Positions 8,991-17,359 of a stretch of 64,000 nt of DNA are shown in pieces. The stretch spans positions 2,384-66,383 of the forward strand of contig CAVYYH010000011.1 in NCBI GenBank assembly GCA_963772705.1, written 5' to 3'. Source of the stretch: an uncultured Bacteroidales bacterium (GTDB taxonomy: Bacteria > Bacteroidota > Bacteroidia > Bacteroidales > VadinHA17). The notes beneath the pieces were generated by a model. It saw only the letters and a list, made by a program, of their open reading frames with translations. It did no database searches and was not told the origin of the DNA. Position numbers and translations under genes: made by a program. The stretch's first letter is position 1, and every line of letters begins with the position of its first letter.

Positions 8991-9926
8991 ATGAAATCAA
9001 CAATCTTACTAATTGTATTTCTGACTGCCTTTTACATATGCGCACTTTCTCAGCCTGTTGCACCAAACCAGGGAAACAGAGCCGATAGTTTAATGAGCGA
9101 GGGCAACATTCCTGAAGCAATTGCCGAATATGAAAGATTATATAGCCAGAATCCTAAAGATGCCCGGATAGTATACAATTACGCCTGTGCACTGTCGATT
9201 GATAACACTGTTATTAAGAAATTTGACACTTGTTTTAAGTACCTCAATCTGGCGGTTGAACTCGATACTTCAGTCAATGCCCTTTTGGAACCTGACCTGT
9301 TACCGGCACGCGAAGACAAAAACTGGAGTGTTTTTGAGAATAGGCTTATATCAATGTTAAATGAAAAATACAATAACCCATACAAGGATATTGATTATGC
9401 AAAAGCACTATGGAAACTTGGTGCCCTGGACCAGGCTTATTTTGACGAAATTGGTATTGCATTCAGAAAATTAGGAATGAGATCTTCGGTTGCGTCAGCA
9501 ATCTGGAAATTGAAGTTTATGATACAGGAAAATAACCAGAAGGAACTTGAAAAGCTCGTCTCAGAAAAAGGATGGCCAAAAATAAGTGATGTTGGCCAGC
9601 CTGCAGTTATGGCAGCTTATCTTGTTGCAATGCATACCAATGACGGGAGTCAGAAAAAATACCTGCCAATGATATGGAAGAGTTGCGAGGAGAAGGAACT
9701 TCCATGGCAGAGATATGCAAATATTTATGACAGGTGCCTTTTTAATGAGAATAAGCCTCAGAAATACGGTACACATACTAGATTTAACGAGCAGACCAAA
9801 TCGGAAGAACTCTATCCACTCGAAGATGAATCAAAAGTTGATGAATGGAGAAAGGAACTTGGTCTGGAACCCCTGGCAGATTATCTTGCTCGCTTTAATA
9901 TAAAATATCCACCACAACATAATTAG
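8991..9926 (+). CDS. hypothetical secreted protein
   Basis: 311-aa ORF with a signal peptide and a TPR-like N-terminal segment (AIAEYERLYSQNPKDARIVYNYACAL). Confidence 0.5.
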   Translation: MKSTILLIVFLTAFYICALSQPVAPNQGNRADSLMSEGNIPEAIAEYERLYSQNPKDARIVYNYACALSIDNTVIKKFDTCFKYLNLAVELDTSVNALLEPDLLPAREDKNWSVFENRLISMLNEKYNNPYKDIDYAKALWKLGALDQAYFDEIGIAFRKLGMRSSVASAIWKLKFMIQENNQKELEKLVSEKGWPKISDVGQPAVMAAYLVAMHTNDGSQKKYLPMIWKSCEEKELPWQRYANIYDRCLFNENKPQKYGTHTRFNEQTKSEELYPLEDESKVDEWRKELGLEPLADYLARFNIKYPPQHN

Positions 9927-9967
9927 ACTGATAGCATGTCACATAAAATTGAATTTGAATTATTTGT

Positions 9968-9993
9968 GCTAACACTGACAAAATGGGTAATTG
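9968..9993 (+). repeat. attC 5'-half remnant (family C) fused to the start of the next ORF
   Basis: tgctaacactgacaaaatgggtaattg compares with tgctaacactgacaatatgggtaagttg at 14061. The ATG of ORF 9983 lies inside it. Confidence 0.45.
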
Positions 9994-11719
9994 GATATCG
10001 TTGACACTTATTCTGACATTGTTACAGGGTTGTGCCCGGCAACAATCTTACTATGATTTTAAAACCTCATTCGAAAAGGATTTTAAGGATGAGCTGCATA
10101 AAAACGATGTAAGTAACGCCGCCTATGCAGTGTTTACCGATGATAGTGTCATTTTTCAGGATGCTTTTAGCAATAATGGCACGAAGGTCGATGGCAATTC
10201 GCCTTTTTTAATAGGGTCCGTTACAAAGGTTTTTACAGCAGTTGCAGTGATGCAACTCTACGAACAAGGAAAAATCGACATCGACAAGCCGGTTTCGGAC
10301 TATGTGCCAGACTTTGCAATCAATCAACGTTTCCCCGACTCAGAACCTATTACCATTCGGGCGGTCTTAACACATCATGCAGGCATTCCCTCTGACTACT
10401 ACCTGCACAAATTCAGCAAAAAACAGCACGATTTCAATGAGATATTGCCTTACCTCAATTCGCAATACACCTGTTATCCTGTTGGCGAAATATGGGCATA
10501 CTCCAATCTGGGATATGCCCTGCTGGGCATACTGATTGAGCGTGCAGGCGGACTGAAATACGAAGATTACGTTGTCCGGAACATATTTACCCCATTGGGA
10601 ATGAAGAATTCCGGTTTTTATTCCGATTACGAAAAACAAAAACATTTAGCTATAGCATACTGTTCTGGTAAGAAGACATTCGAATATCCATTGCTGGATA
10701 AGCCAGCCGGGGCCATCTATTCAACAGTCAATGATATGGTTCTTTTTTGCAGGGCATTTATCGACAAAAAAGAACGTCTCTTAAAAAATGCCACACTTGA
10801 AGATATGTACGTGATTCAAAACCGCGATAATCTTCTGGATATGGACCATCGGATGGCTATTTGCTTTAACTATAAAAATAAGGCTTATGAACTGGGCCGG
10901 GTATTAGAACACGGAGGGGCTACCATGTACCATCGGGCACAAATGGTTATTGCACCCGATGCCGGGCTTGCTGCCATAATGCTCTCCGACTCACCCACCG
11001 GAAAAGACAACGCATGGAAACTTGACGAACAGCTGATGGTTGAATACTGCAAGACAACACAACTTGTGATTGATAAGGCTTTGAATCCCGAGAAAATAAC
11101 CCCGCTCACCCCTATCAGCAGTAAAAACCTGGCGCAATACGCAGGTAATTACGCCATGCCCGGTATGGTGTGCAAGTTCGAATGGAAAAACGGGTATCTG
11201 TCACCTACCATCAACGGGCAGAATTTTTACCTGGCGCCACATGATTCCAATTCATTTGTCCCTGCCAAACGCTTTCTGGGCATGATGCTCAAATCGAAGA
11301 AAATGTATTTCCTTCTTGAAGAAATAAATGGTGAGAAACATTTTATCCAGGCGATGCCATGGGGAGGCTTAAACATAATCGGTACCCAATTCAATCCGGA
11401 ACCAATTCCTCAGATATATCAAAACCGGACCGGAAATTACACCATAATGAATACAGATGATGAAGATGTACCATCGCTCGAAAAGGTCAGGATTTGTATA
11501 GAAGATGGGGTTCTGTTATTGAAATATTGTTTTAACCCTGAAATGTCGTTTGGTCAGGATGCAAGTCTTGCATTAGATATTTCTAATGATTCTGTTTCGT
11601 TTGTAATGGGCTATGGGCGCGGCGGAGGCGAGAGCGTGGTCTTTGATAAAAATGGTGACACTTTCCGGTATATGGGACTTAAGCTTAAAAGAACTGTGGA
11701 TTCGTCCATAAAAGAGTAA
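9983..11719 (+). CDS. serine hydrolase (beta-lactamase/transpeptidase-like fold) lipoprotein
   Basis: SxxK motif GSVTKVFTA, YSNLGY, lipobox LLQGC. 578 aa. Confidence 0.75.
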   Translation: MGNWISLTLILTLLQGCARQQSYYDFKTSFEKDFKDELHKNDVSNAAYAVFTDDSVIFQDAFSNNGTKVDGNSPFLIGSVTKVFTAVAVMQLYEQGKIDIDKPVSDYVPDFAINQRFPDSEPITIRAVLTHHAGIPSDYYLHKFSKKQHDFNEILPYLNSQYTCYPVGEIWAYSNLGYALLGILIERAGGLKYEDYVVRNIFTPLGMKNSGFYSDYEKQKHLAIAYCSGKKTFEYPLLDKPAGAIYSTVNDMVLFCRAFIDKKERLLKNATLEDMYVIQNRDNLLDMDHRMAICFNYKNKAYELGRVLEHGGATMYHRAQMVIAPDAGLAAIMLSDSPTGKDNAWKLDEQLMVEYCKTTQLVIDKALNPEKITPLTPISSKNLAQYAGNYAMPGMVCKFEWKNGYLSPTINGQNFYLAPHDSNSFVPAKRFLGMMLKSKKMYFLLEEINGEKHFIQAMPWGGLNIIGTQFNPEPIPQIYQNRTGNYTIMNTDDEDVPSLEKVRICIEDGVLLLKYCFNPEMSFGQDASLALDISNDSVSFVMGYGRGGGESVVFDKNGDTFRYMGLKLKRTVDSSIKE

Positions 11720-11800
11720 TAAGCAAACAATTACCCATTTAAAATTTATTCAGACATATAAGGCACGAACACATGACAAGCATAATAAACTAAACAAACT

Positions 11801-12553
11801 ATGAGAACGATTTTGACAATTCTGATGGCTCTGAGCTTATTTTCAACTTCATTAAATGCACAATTTCTTACTACTCCTGCTAAGGATAATACACTTGTTG
11901 TTGAAGGTGTCGCAATTTTGAAAGAAATACCTAAGAATATTTTTGTCTTCATTACAGTTAAATCTGAATCCAAGGATTACTCTGAATGTCAGGATATGCT
12001 GTTAGAAAGGATGGAGATTGTTAAATCCTCAATACTTAAACAAAGTATCAGCAAAGACCTATTAAAAACGACTGAAATTTCAATAAACGAAAACAAAGAA
12101 TATATCGATGGCAAGCAGGAAAAAATAGGTTTTTCCGGGACTATTACCCTAACAATAGAGACTTTGTTCTCTCCTGAATTTGCTAACAAGCTTTTAACTG
12201 CACTGAAGATTGACCTTGTTGAGTATAGTATAAAATTCAAATTATCGGAAGATCAGAAAACCAAATTAAGGCATGCTGCAATTACCATGGCAGTTGAAGA
12301 TGCAAAAGAGAAGGCCATCTTGCTGGCAAATTCATCAAATATTAAGTTGAATAGAATCAATTCCGTTACCTATTTAGATGAAAGGTATGTTTTCTATCAA
12401 GACAGTGATATTGTTAGAGAAGAGACACTACCCAGGCAGGAAGTATTCATGATGGCAGAAGCTTCGGGTAACTCAACAAGTATTGATTTCAATCCTAAGG
12501 AAATAGGAATATACAAATCAGTACAGATTGAGTGGAAAATTGATAAAAAATAA
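11801..12553 (+). CDS. SIMPL/DUF541-like periplasmic protein
   Basis: 250 aa with a signal peptide. The VVEGVAILKEIP... layout resembles the SIMPL family. Moderate call. Confidence 0.5.
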   Translation: MRTILTILMALSLFSTSLNAQFLTTPAKDNTLVVEGVAILKEIPKNIFVFITVKSESKDYSECQDMLLERMEIVKSSILKQSISKDLLKTTEISINENKEYIDGKQEKIGFSGTITLTIETLFSPEFANKLLTALKIDLVEYSIKFKLSEDQKTKLRHAAITMAVEDAKEKAILLANSSNIKLNRINSVTYLDERYVFYQDSDIVREETLPRQEVFMMAEASGNSTSIDFNPKEIGIYKSVQIEWKIDKK

Positions 12554-12561
12554 AGAACAAA

Positions 12562-12619
12562 CCATAACACGGACGGTAGTGTTAATAAACTTTCACTAAC
12601 TCTTACCGCCGGGTCGTCA
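12562..12619 (+). repeat. attC site, family A, short form (58 bp)
   Basis: CCATAAC plus cacggacggtagtgttaat ... cttaccgccggGTCGTCA. The 3' core is degenerate. Confidence 0.6.
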
Positions 12620-12656
12620 CACACAATCCCAGACTACAAACAGAAACATCAATATT

Positions 12657-12875
12657 ATGAAGAACAAACTTAACCAGGAAGTTCTGGATTCAATGACTAA
12701 AAATCCTTCTAATTGGAGAGGATTATTATATTTCAATCGTAAAGATCCCAGATTAGTAGTCCAAAAACTATTTCCATCTTTAGGCTGGACTTTTAATTTT
12801 GCAAATCCTCTAACTTATTTGACAATAATACTTTTGATTCTTATCGTTGTGGTTGTTACAATCATAACCAAATAG
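12657..12875 (+). CDS. small membrane protein
   Basis: 72 aa with NWRGLLYFNRKDPRLVV followed by one TM helix. Confidence 0.4.
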   Translation: MKNKLNQEVLDSMTKNPSNWRGLLYFNRKDPRLVVQKLFPSLGWTFNFANPLTYLTIILLILIVVVVTIITK

Positions 12876-12905
12876 CGTCAAATCGAAATTGTATAAACAA
12901 ACTGA

Positions 12906-13033
12906 GCATAACATGACGGTATATGCAATTAACTCCCCCTCCGGTGGCGGGGTTCGTTGAGCTCGTCCATGACAGAGTTACAGGTTAGAGAGTAGATTTT
13001 TCGGCAGGATCCTCGGTTCCGCTGAACGTATGC
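12906..13033 (+). repeat. attC site, family B mosaic (128 bp)
   Basis: GCATAAC 12906-12912. The 5' part matches 3420-3450 (ggtatatgcaattaactccccct). The 3' part matches 2065-2143 (gagctcgtcc.tgaca.agtt.cagg...ttttcggcaggatcctcggttccgc.gaacgt). Confidence 0.7.
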
Positions 13034-13126
13034 AAACAAACTAGCGAAATCTATTCTAGAATTCTATATTGAATTCTCAATGACTACATTTTAAAATTTG
13101 AGTTTAATCCTATTCCTTAATCTCAC

Positions 13127-14054
13127 ATGAAAAAAAACTACCCGCCTGAAGGAGAACCGACAGTTGATCTAATTAGCAATCCTTCCAGATATGCTCAAAA
13201 GCCAATACGGGGATTATTAATAATCTTTGCTGCACTCTCAGTGTGTATGTTGATCGTCGGCTTTTTCCTTTATGGTATTTTAAAGCTCCCGCAGGAATTT
13301 TCAGACAGTAATGCTTTATCGACCGTGATTCTGTTTACAACATGCAACATTATTGCATATCTTTTTGTGCCATATTTGTTGCGGATTCCAAATGGAAAGC
13401 GTACGTTCAGAGAATATCTAAGTGATATAGGCCTTACACGCATCCAACCATTTTCACGACTACTAATTCTAACAATTTCTTGTTTGCTTATACTTATTTT
13501 ATGCCAGGGAAGCGGTTCTTTGGTATATAGATTGACGGAGGGTAAACCTTTAACGGCTGACTTTATTAGAACGGTCTTTGACTTATCCTTAGCTCTACCA
13601 CCGAAATCAATCCTATTATTTACCGTATTTTATTCAATGTTCGAAGAAGTATGCTTTCGAGGTGTTTTTCTTACTATGCTTTTACACAAGTATTCTCAAT
13701 TTTAATGCAATTCTTTATTCAGCACTTGCTTTTGGAGTATTTCATATTTTCGCTGTATTTGCTGGAGGAGAGTTGGTTACTACTATTGCTCAGGTTGTGT
13801 GGGCATTCATTTTCGGGATATTTTATGGTTACATCTTCGTTAAAACCGGAAGCTTATGGCCATCAATGATAATTCACTGGCTAAGTAATGTATTTCAGTC
13901 CACTCTTACGGTTTATTGGTTGTCAGCACCTATATTTGAGAGAGCATTATTTGGAATTATTTTTGGTTATGGTCTGGCAGCCTTTTTTTCGATATTTTGG
14001 GTTCGTTTTTATTCATCAAAATGGCTTAAACCTCAAAAACAAGGACTGAATTAA
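13127..14054 (+). pseudogene. CPBP-family intramembrane glutamic endopeptidase (CAAX protease-like), one frameshift
   Basis: Motif 1 EEVCFRG is in frame A. Motifs 2 and 3 (FGVFH and HWLSN) are in frame B. The shift lies near the T4 run at about 13695. Confidence 0.7.
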
Positions 14055-14060
14055 TACGTT

Positions 14061-14241
14061 TGCTAACACTGACAATATGGGTAAGTTGTCTCCCACATTG
14101 CGGGACAGGTTGTCTCACTTTTTGCCCCGCCTTAGGGCGGGATCAGGTTCGTCTCCGCCAATGTCTGGCTCCTCCCGATTCTGTCATTAAGTGTCAGAAC
14201 TAAATGCAGGGCCCCCCTCCTATACTGCCGGTCCTTTATGC
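14061..14241 (+). repeat. attC site, family C, about 181 bp
   Basis: TGCTAAC plus cactgacaatatgggtaagttg ... cctatactgccggtccTTTATGC. GC hairpin cccgccttagggcggg. Confidence 0.6.
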
Positions 14242-14267
14242 TTAAAACCCAACAATAGTGCACTAGA

Positions 14268-15332
14268 ATGAATCTCCTTGACCTCGGATTTAATGATGAG
14301 CTCGCTGCCTGTCTGAGAGAAAATCAACTTACTGACTTTTCAATCGGCAGAGTGACTCAGGAACACCGGGAAAGATATGTCGTCTCAGATGGTGAAAATG
14401 AATATACTGCTGAAATTACCGGCAACTTAAGATTTGCTGCAAAATCAAGAACTGATTTTCCTGCTGTCGGTGACTGGGTGGCAATGACAACCTATGACTC
14501 CGATCAGGCAATTATTCATAAAATACTTCCCAGGAAATCAGTACTTGAAAGACAGGCTGTTGGCAAATTTGGCGAGACTCAGATCATTTCTGCAAATATT
14601 GACGTTGCGTTTATTGTTCAGGCAATAAACAATAATTTCAGTATAAACCGGCTTGAAAGATACCTGACTATATGTTATTCAGCTAACATTGAGCCAGTTC
14701 TGGTAATTAGCAAGATTGATTTATCCACCGAAAAAGATATTCAGGAAGCAATCAGCACCCTTGAAAAAAGAGACAAAAAAGTCAAGTATATCCTGCTCAG
14801 TAACATGACCCTGAAAGGACTTGACCAGATATTGGATTTTATACAAAAAGGAAAAACATATTGTGTAGTTGGCTCCTCGGGAGTTGGCAAATCAACCTTG
14901 ATCAATAACCTGTTAAAAAAGAACGTATTAAAAACAGGTCAAATAAGTCTGAGCACAAACAAGGGAAGACATACCACTGATCATCGTGAATTATTTGTTC
15001 TGGAAAATGGCGGTATCATAATTGACACCCCGGGAATGAAGGAACTGGGCATGACAGATAATGCGGAGGGGATTATAACAACATTTCAGGAGATCGTTAA
15101 CATCGCGTTAAATTGTAAATTTCCTGACTGTAAACACATTAATGAAACCGGATGTGCTGTAATTGATGCACTGAACAATGGGACTATCGACAAAGATTCC
15201 TATGATAACTATCAAAAAATTCAGAAAGAACAGGAAAGATTTCAGACTACTGTTTCAGAAAAACGAAAAAAAGACAAAGCCTTCGGAAAGATGATTAAGA
15301 ACTATTTTAAAGACAATAAAAACAAGTTCTAA
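14268..15332 (+). CDS. rsgA: ribosome small-subunit-dependent GTPase A
   Basis: Circularly permuted GTPase motif order: SKID, GSSGVGKSTLIN, DTPG. C-terminal zinc knuckle CKFPDCKHINETGCAV. Confidence 0.85.
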   Translation: MNLLDLGFNDELAACLRENQLTDFSIGRVTQEHRERYVVSDGENEYTAEITGNLRFAAKSRTDFPAVGDWVAMTTYDSDQAIIHKILPRKSVLERQAVGKFGETQIISANIDVAFIVQAINNNFSINRLERYLTICYSANIEPVLVISKIDLSTEKDIQEAISTLEKRDKKVKYILLSNMTLKGLDQILDFIQKGKTYCVVGSSGVGKSTLINNLLKKNVLKTGQISLSTNKGRHTTDHRELFVLENGGIIIDTPGMKELGMTDNAEGIITTFQEIVNIALNCKFPDCKHINETGCAVIDALNNGTIDKDSYDNYQKIQKEQERFQTTVSEKRKKDKAFGKMIKNYFKDNKNKF

Positions 15333-15552
15333 GCATAACACGGACAATATGGGCAAGTTGCTTCCCCCTTCGACGGACAAAATGTCACTATTTTTGAATG
15401 AATATGAGCCTCTTGCCATGGCGCGTCAGAAGCCCACGCACCCGTACATACACCATTTCCGCCAGCCGTGTATTTCTTCACAATAATGTTAAGTCTTAAC
15501 CACGGCAGTTGTTACTACGGAACATTAAACCTCATCCCTGCGAACGTTATTG
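15333..15552 (+). repeat. attC site, family C, about 220 bp
   Basis: GCATAAC starts 1 nt after the rsgA stop and is followed by cacggacaatatgggcaagttg. The 3' end is ccctgcgaacGTTATTG at 15546-15552. Confidence 0.65.
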
Positions 15553-15590
15553 TCAATACCAAAAAGACCGTAGTATAAAAAATCAACAAT

Positions 15591-15986
15591 ATGAAGAACA
15601 TTAAAAAGACAGTTTTACCAATTCTGATTGCGACAATCTGGATCAGCGTTTCTGAATTTGTTCGCAACTCCTTCTTGCTACACCACTTTTGGACTGAGCA
15701 CTATGAAACATTAGGGCTGACTTTTCCCGAACAACCAATTAATGGAGCTGTGTGGGGAATATGGTCTCTTTGTTTTGCCATAGCCATTTACATTTTTAGC
15801 AAAAAATATACTTTGCTTCAAACTGCTATTTTATCATGGTTTATAGGATTCGTATTTATGTGGTTGGTAGTAGGAAACTTAGGGGTACTTCCGTTTGGTA
15901 TTTTGCTTTTTGCAATTCCGTTAAGCTTATTGGAAGCTTTTGTAGCAACATACATTATATTTAAACTAACCATTCAAAAAAATTGA
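15591..15986 (+). CDS. small 4-TM membrane protein
   Basis: 131-aa hydrophobic ORF with no recognisable motif. Confidence 0.5.
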   Translation: MKNIKKTVLPILIATIWISVSEFVRNSFLLHHFWTEHYETLGLTFPEQPINGAVWGIWSLCFAIAIYIFSKKYTLLQTAILSWFIGFVFMWLVVGNLGVLPFGILLFAIPLSLLEAFVATYIIFKLTIQKN

Positions 15987-15991
15987 AAGCA

Positions 15992-16095
15992 CCTTTAACC
16001 ATTTTAATATTAATGGGCTTTAAAGGTAGCTCCGGGCTTAAGGGACAGTTAAGTGATTCTGATCCGTTGCTCCACATGCATGCAAGCCGTTACAG
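15992..16095 (+). repeat. attC-like site (about 104 bp)
   Basis: cctttaac at the 5' end is complementary in 7 of 8 positions to GTTACAGG at 16089-16096. Contains an internal hairpin cctttaacca...tgggctttaaagg. Confidence 0.45.
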
Positions 16096-16126
16096 GGCAT
16101 AGCCACTCTAATAAATACCATCGCAT

Positions 16127-16543
16127 ATGACTGACTCAAAACAAGAGGTTTCAAGGGTATTGGATGCACATTGGTCTGCCTTAAAAGCCAAAGACGCTGA
16201 TGCTGTTATTGCTTTACTGTCTGAAGATTTTCTGTCATGTGGAAGTGACCCAAAAGAATTCTGGAACAAGGCAGAAATGTATAATACTGTTAAACAGATG
16301 TTAGCCAACACTGAACTTATAATAGATATCACTGTCGACAAACGGGAAATACGCATTTCAAAAGATGGTAATTCAGCAATCGCCTTTGAACAGATGTTTC
16401 TGACACCTTTCAGCCAGAAGATACCAGTCCGAACAGTTTATCATTTCGTAAAAGAGGATGATTCCTGGTTAATCGATTTTACAAGTACTGGTTTTATTCC
16501 GAACAATGATGATATAGAAAAACTAAATAGGGCATTAGATTAA
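16127..16543 (+). CDS. SnoaL-like/NTF2-fold (DUF4440-like) protein
   Basis: 138 aa. The HWSALKAKDADAVIALLSEDF start and the size are typical of this fold. Confidence 0.55.
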   Translation: MTDSKQEVSRVLDAHWSALKAKDADAVIALLSEDFLSCGSDPKEFWNKAEMYNTVKQMLANTELIIDITVDKREIRISKDGNSAIAFEQMFLTPFSQKIPVRTVYHFVKEDDSWLIDFTSTGFIPNNDDIEKLNRALD

Positions 16544-16675
16544 AAAATAAGCCATTACCAATCCATCATGAAAAACCAATAATATGGATTATATGGCCGG
16601 GAATTCTGAGTATCCAGGATTTAAATTAGTCTGAATTATTAAGTCATATATTTGAAATTTAATTCCTTATGAGCA

Positions 16676-17148
16676 ATGAAACCCATGAATTACATTCTGT
16701 CTTTGCTTTTCATAATGACAGCATTAAATATCCAGGCCCAACCTGATACAATACAGGTTAAAAAAAGCTGGGTACTGTTTTCCAGGTAAACGGGACCAAT
16801 GTTACCCCGGACAGAATGCTTGAGATCATGGAAATAAATCCTGCAGCCTATGCGGAAATGAAAATTGCAAAAACAAACTATGTTGTAAGTATGGCCTTCG
16901 GCGCCGGAGGGTTAGTGCTTGGTTACTTTATTGGCGCATCTGCTTCAAGTGGCGATCCAAACTGGACTCTTCTTGGTGTGAGTGCAGGAATGATTGTTGT
17001 TTCCATTCCTTTTGGAATAAGCTATACAAAACATGCCAGAAATGCAGTGAGTATCTATAACAGTGAAATCAGAAACTCGTACAGAAACATCCCCGAAATG
17101 ACATTAAATATTGCTCCATACGGAGCAGGATTGAAGCTGCGCTTTTAA
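16676..17148 (+). pseudogene. hypothetical secreted/membrane protein, frameshift in an A7 run
   Basis: MKPMNYILSLLFIMTALNIQAQ...VKK stops. The reading frame continues in frame 1 (LGTVFQVNGTNVTPDRMLEIMEINP...) after the A7 run at 16760-16766. Confidence 0.45.
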
Positions 17149-17359
17149 AATAGGTCTGATCAATACCGTCCGCATCTTACCCGAAACATCAGCTGGTAGC
17201 TTATAGCACTTTGAATGATCTGTTAAATTCATCATGAATTCAGAGGTTTGCGAATGTTATTGGCCAGTTAAAGATTCAGGTGCAAACTGACAGTAACCAG
17301 GGGAAAATAACTTTGCCGGAGAATTTTTATTTTGGTAAACATAAATAAGTTCAGTTTCT

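Larger units (their letters stand above)
1..17262 (+). mobile_element. integron-type gene cassette array; no intI in window (CALIN, or distal part of a chromosomal integron whose integrase lies left of the window)
   Basis: All ORFs are on the + strand, short and functionally unrelated. Each is followed by an element running RYYYAAC-like heptamer, imperfect inverted repeat, variable centre, inverted repeat, GTTRRRY-like heptamer. The right boundary is fuzzy: the last convincing site ends at 16095, and degenerate 3' halves occur near 16591-16610 and 17251-17262. Confidence 0.75.

Noticed and set aside
1-16100. The repeated intergenic elements as a CRISPR array
   Set aside because: The repeats are 24-400 bp, variable in length and imperfect. 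They are separated by 0.4-2 kb protein-coding ORFs rather than by 25-40-bp spacers. No cas genes are present.
16550-17262. attC-like fragments near the right end of the array: the hairpin gccattaccaatccat/atggattatatggc plus ccggg; ataccgtccg at 17166-17175; and tgcgaatGTTATTG at 17249-17262
   Set aside because: Each has only one recognisable half and no paired inverse core, so none is called as a site. They are used only as hints of array erosion.
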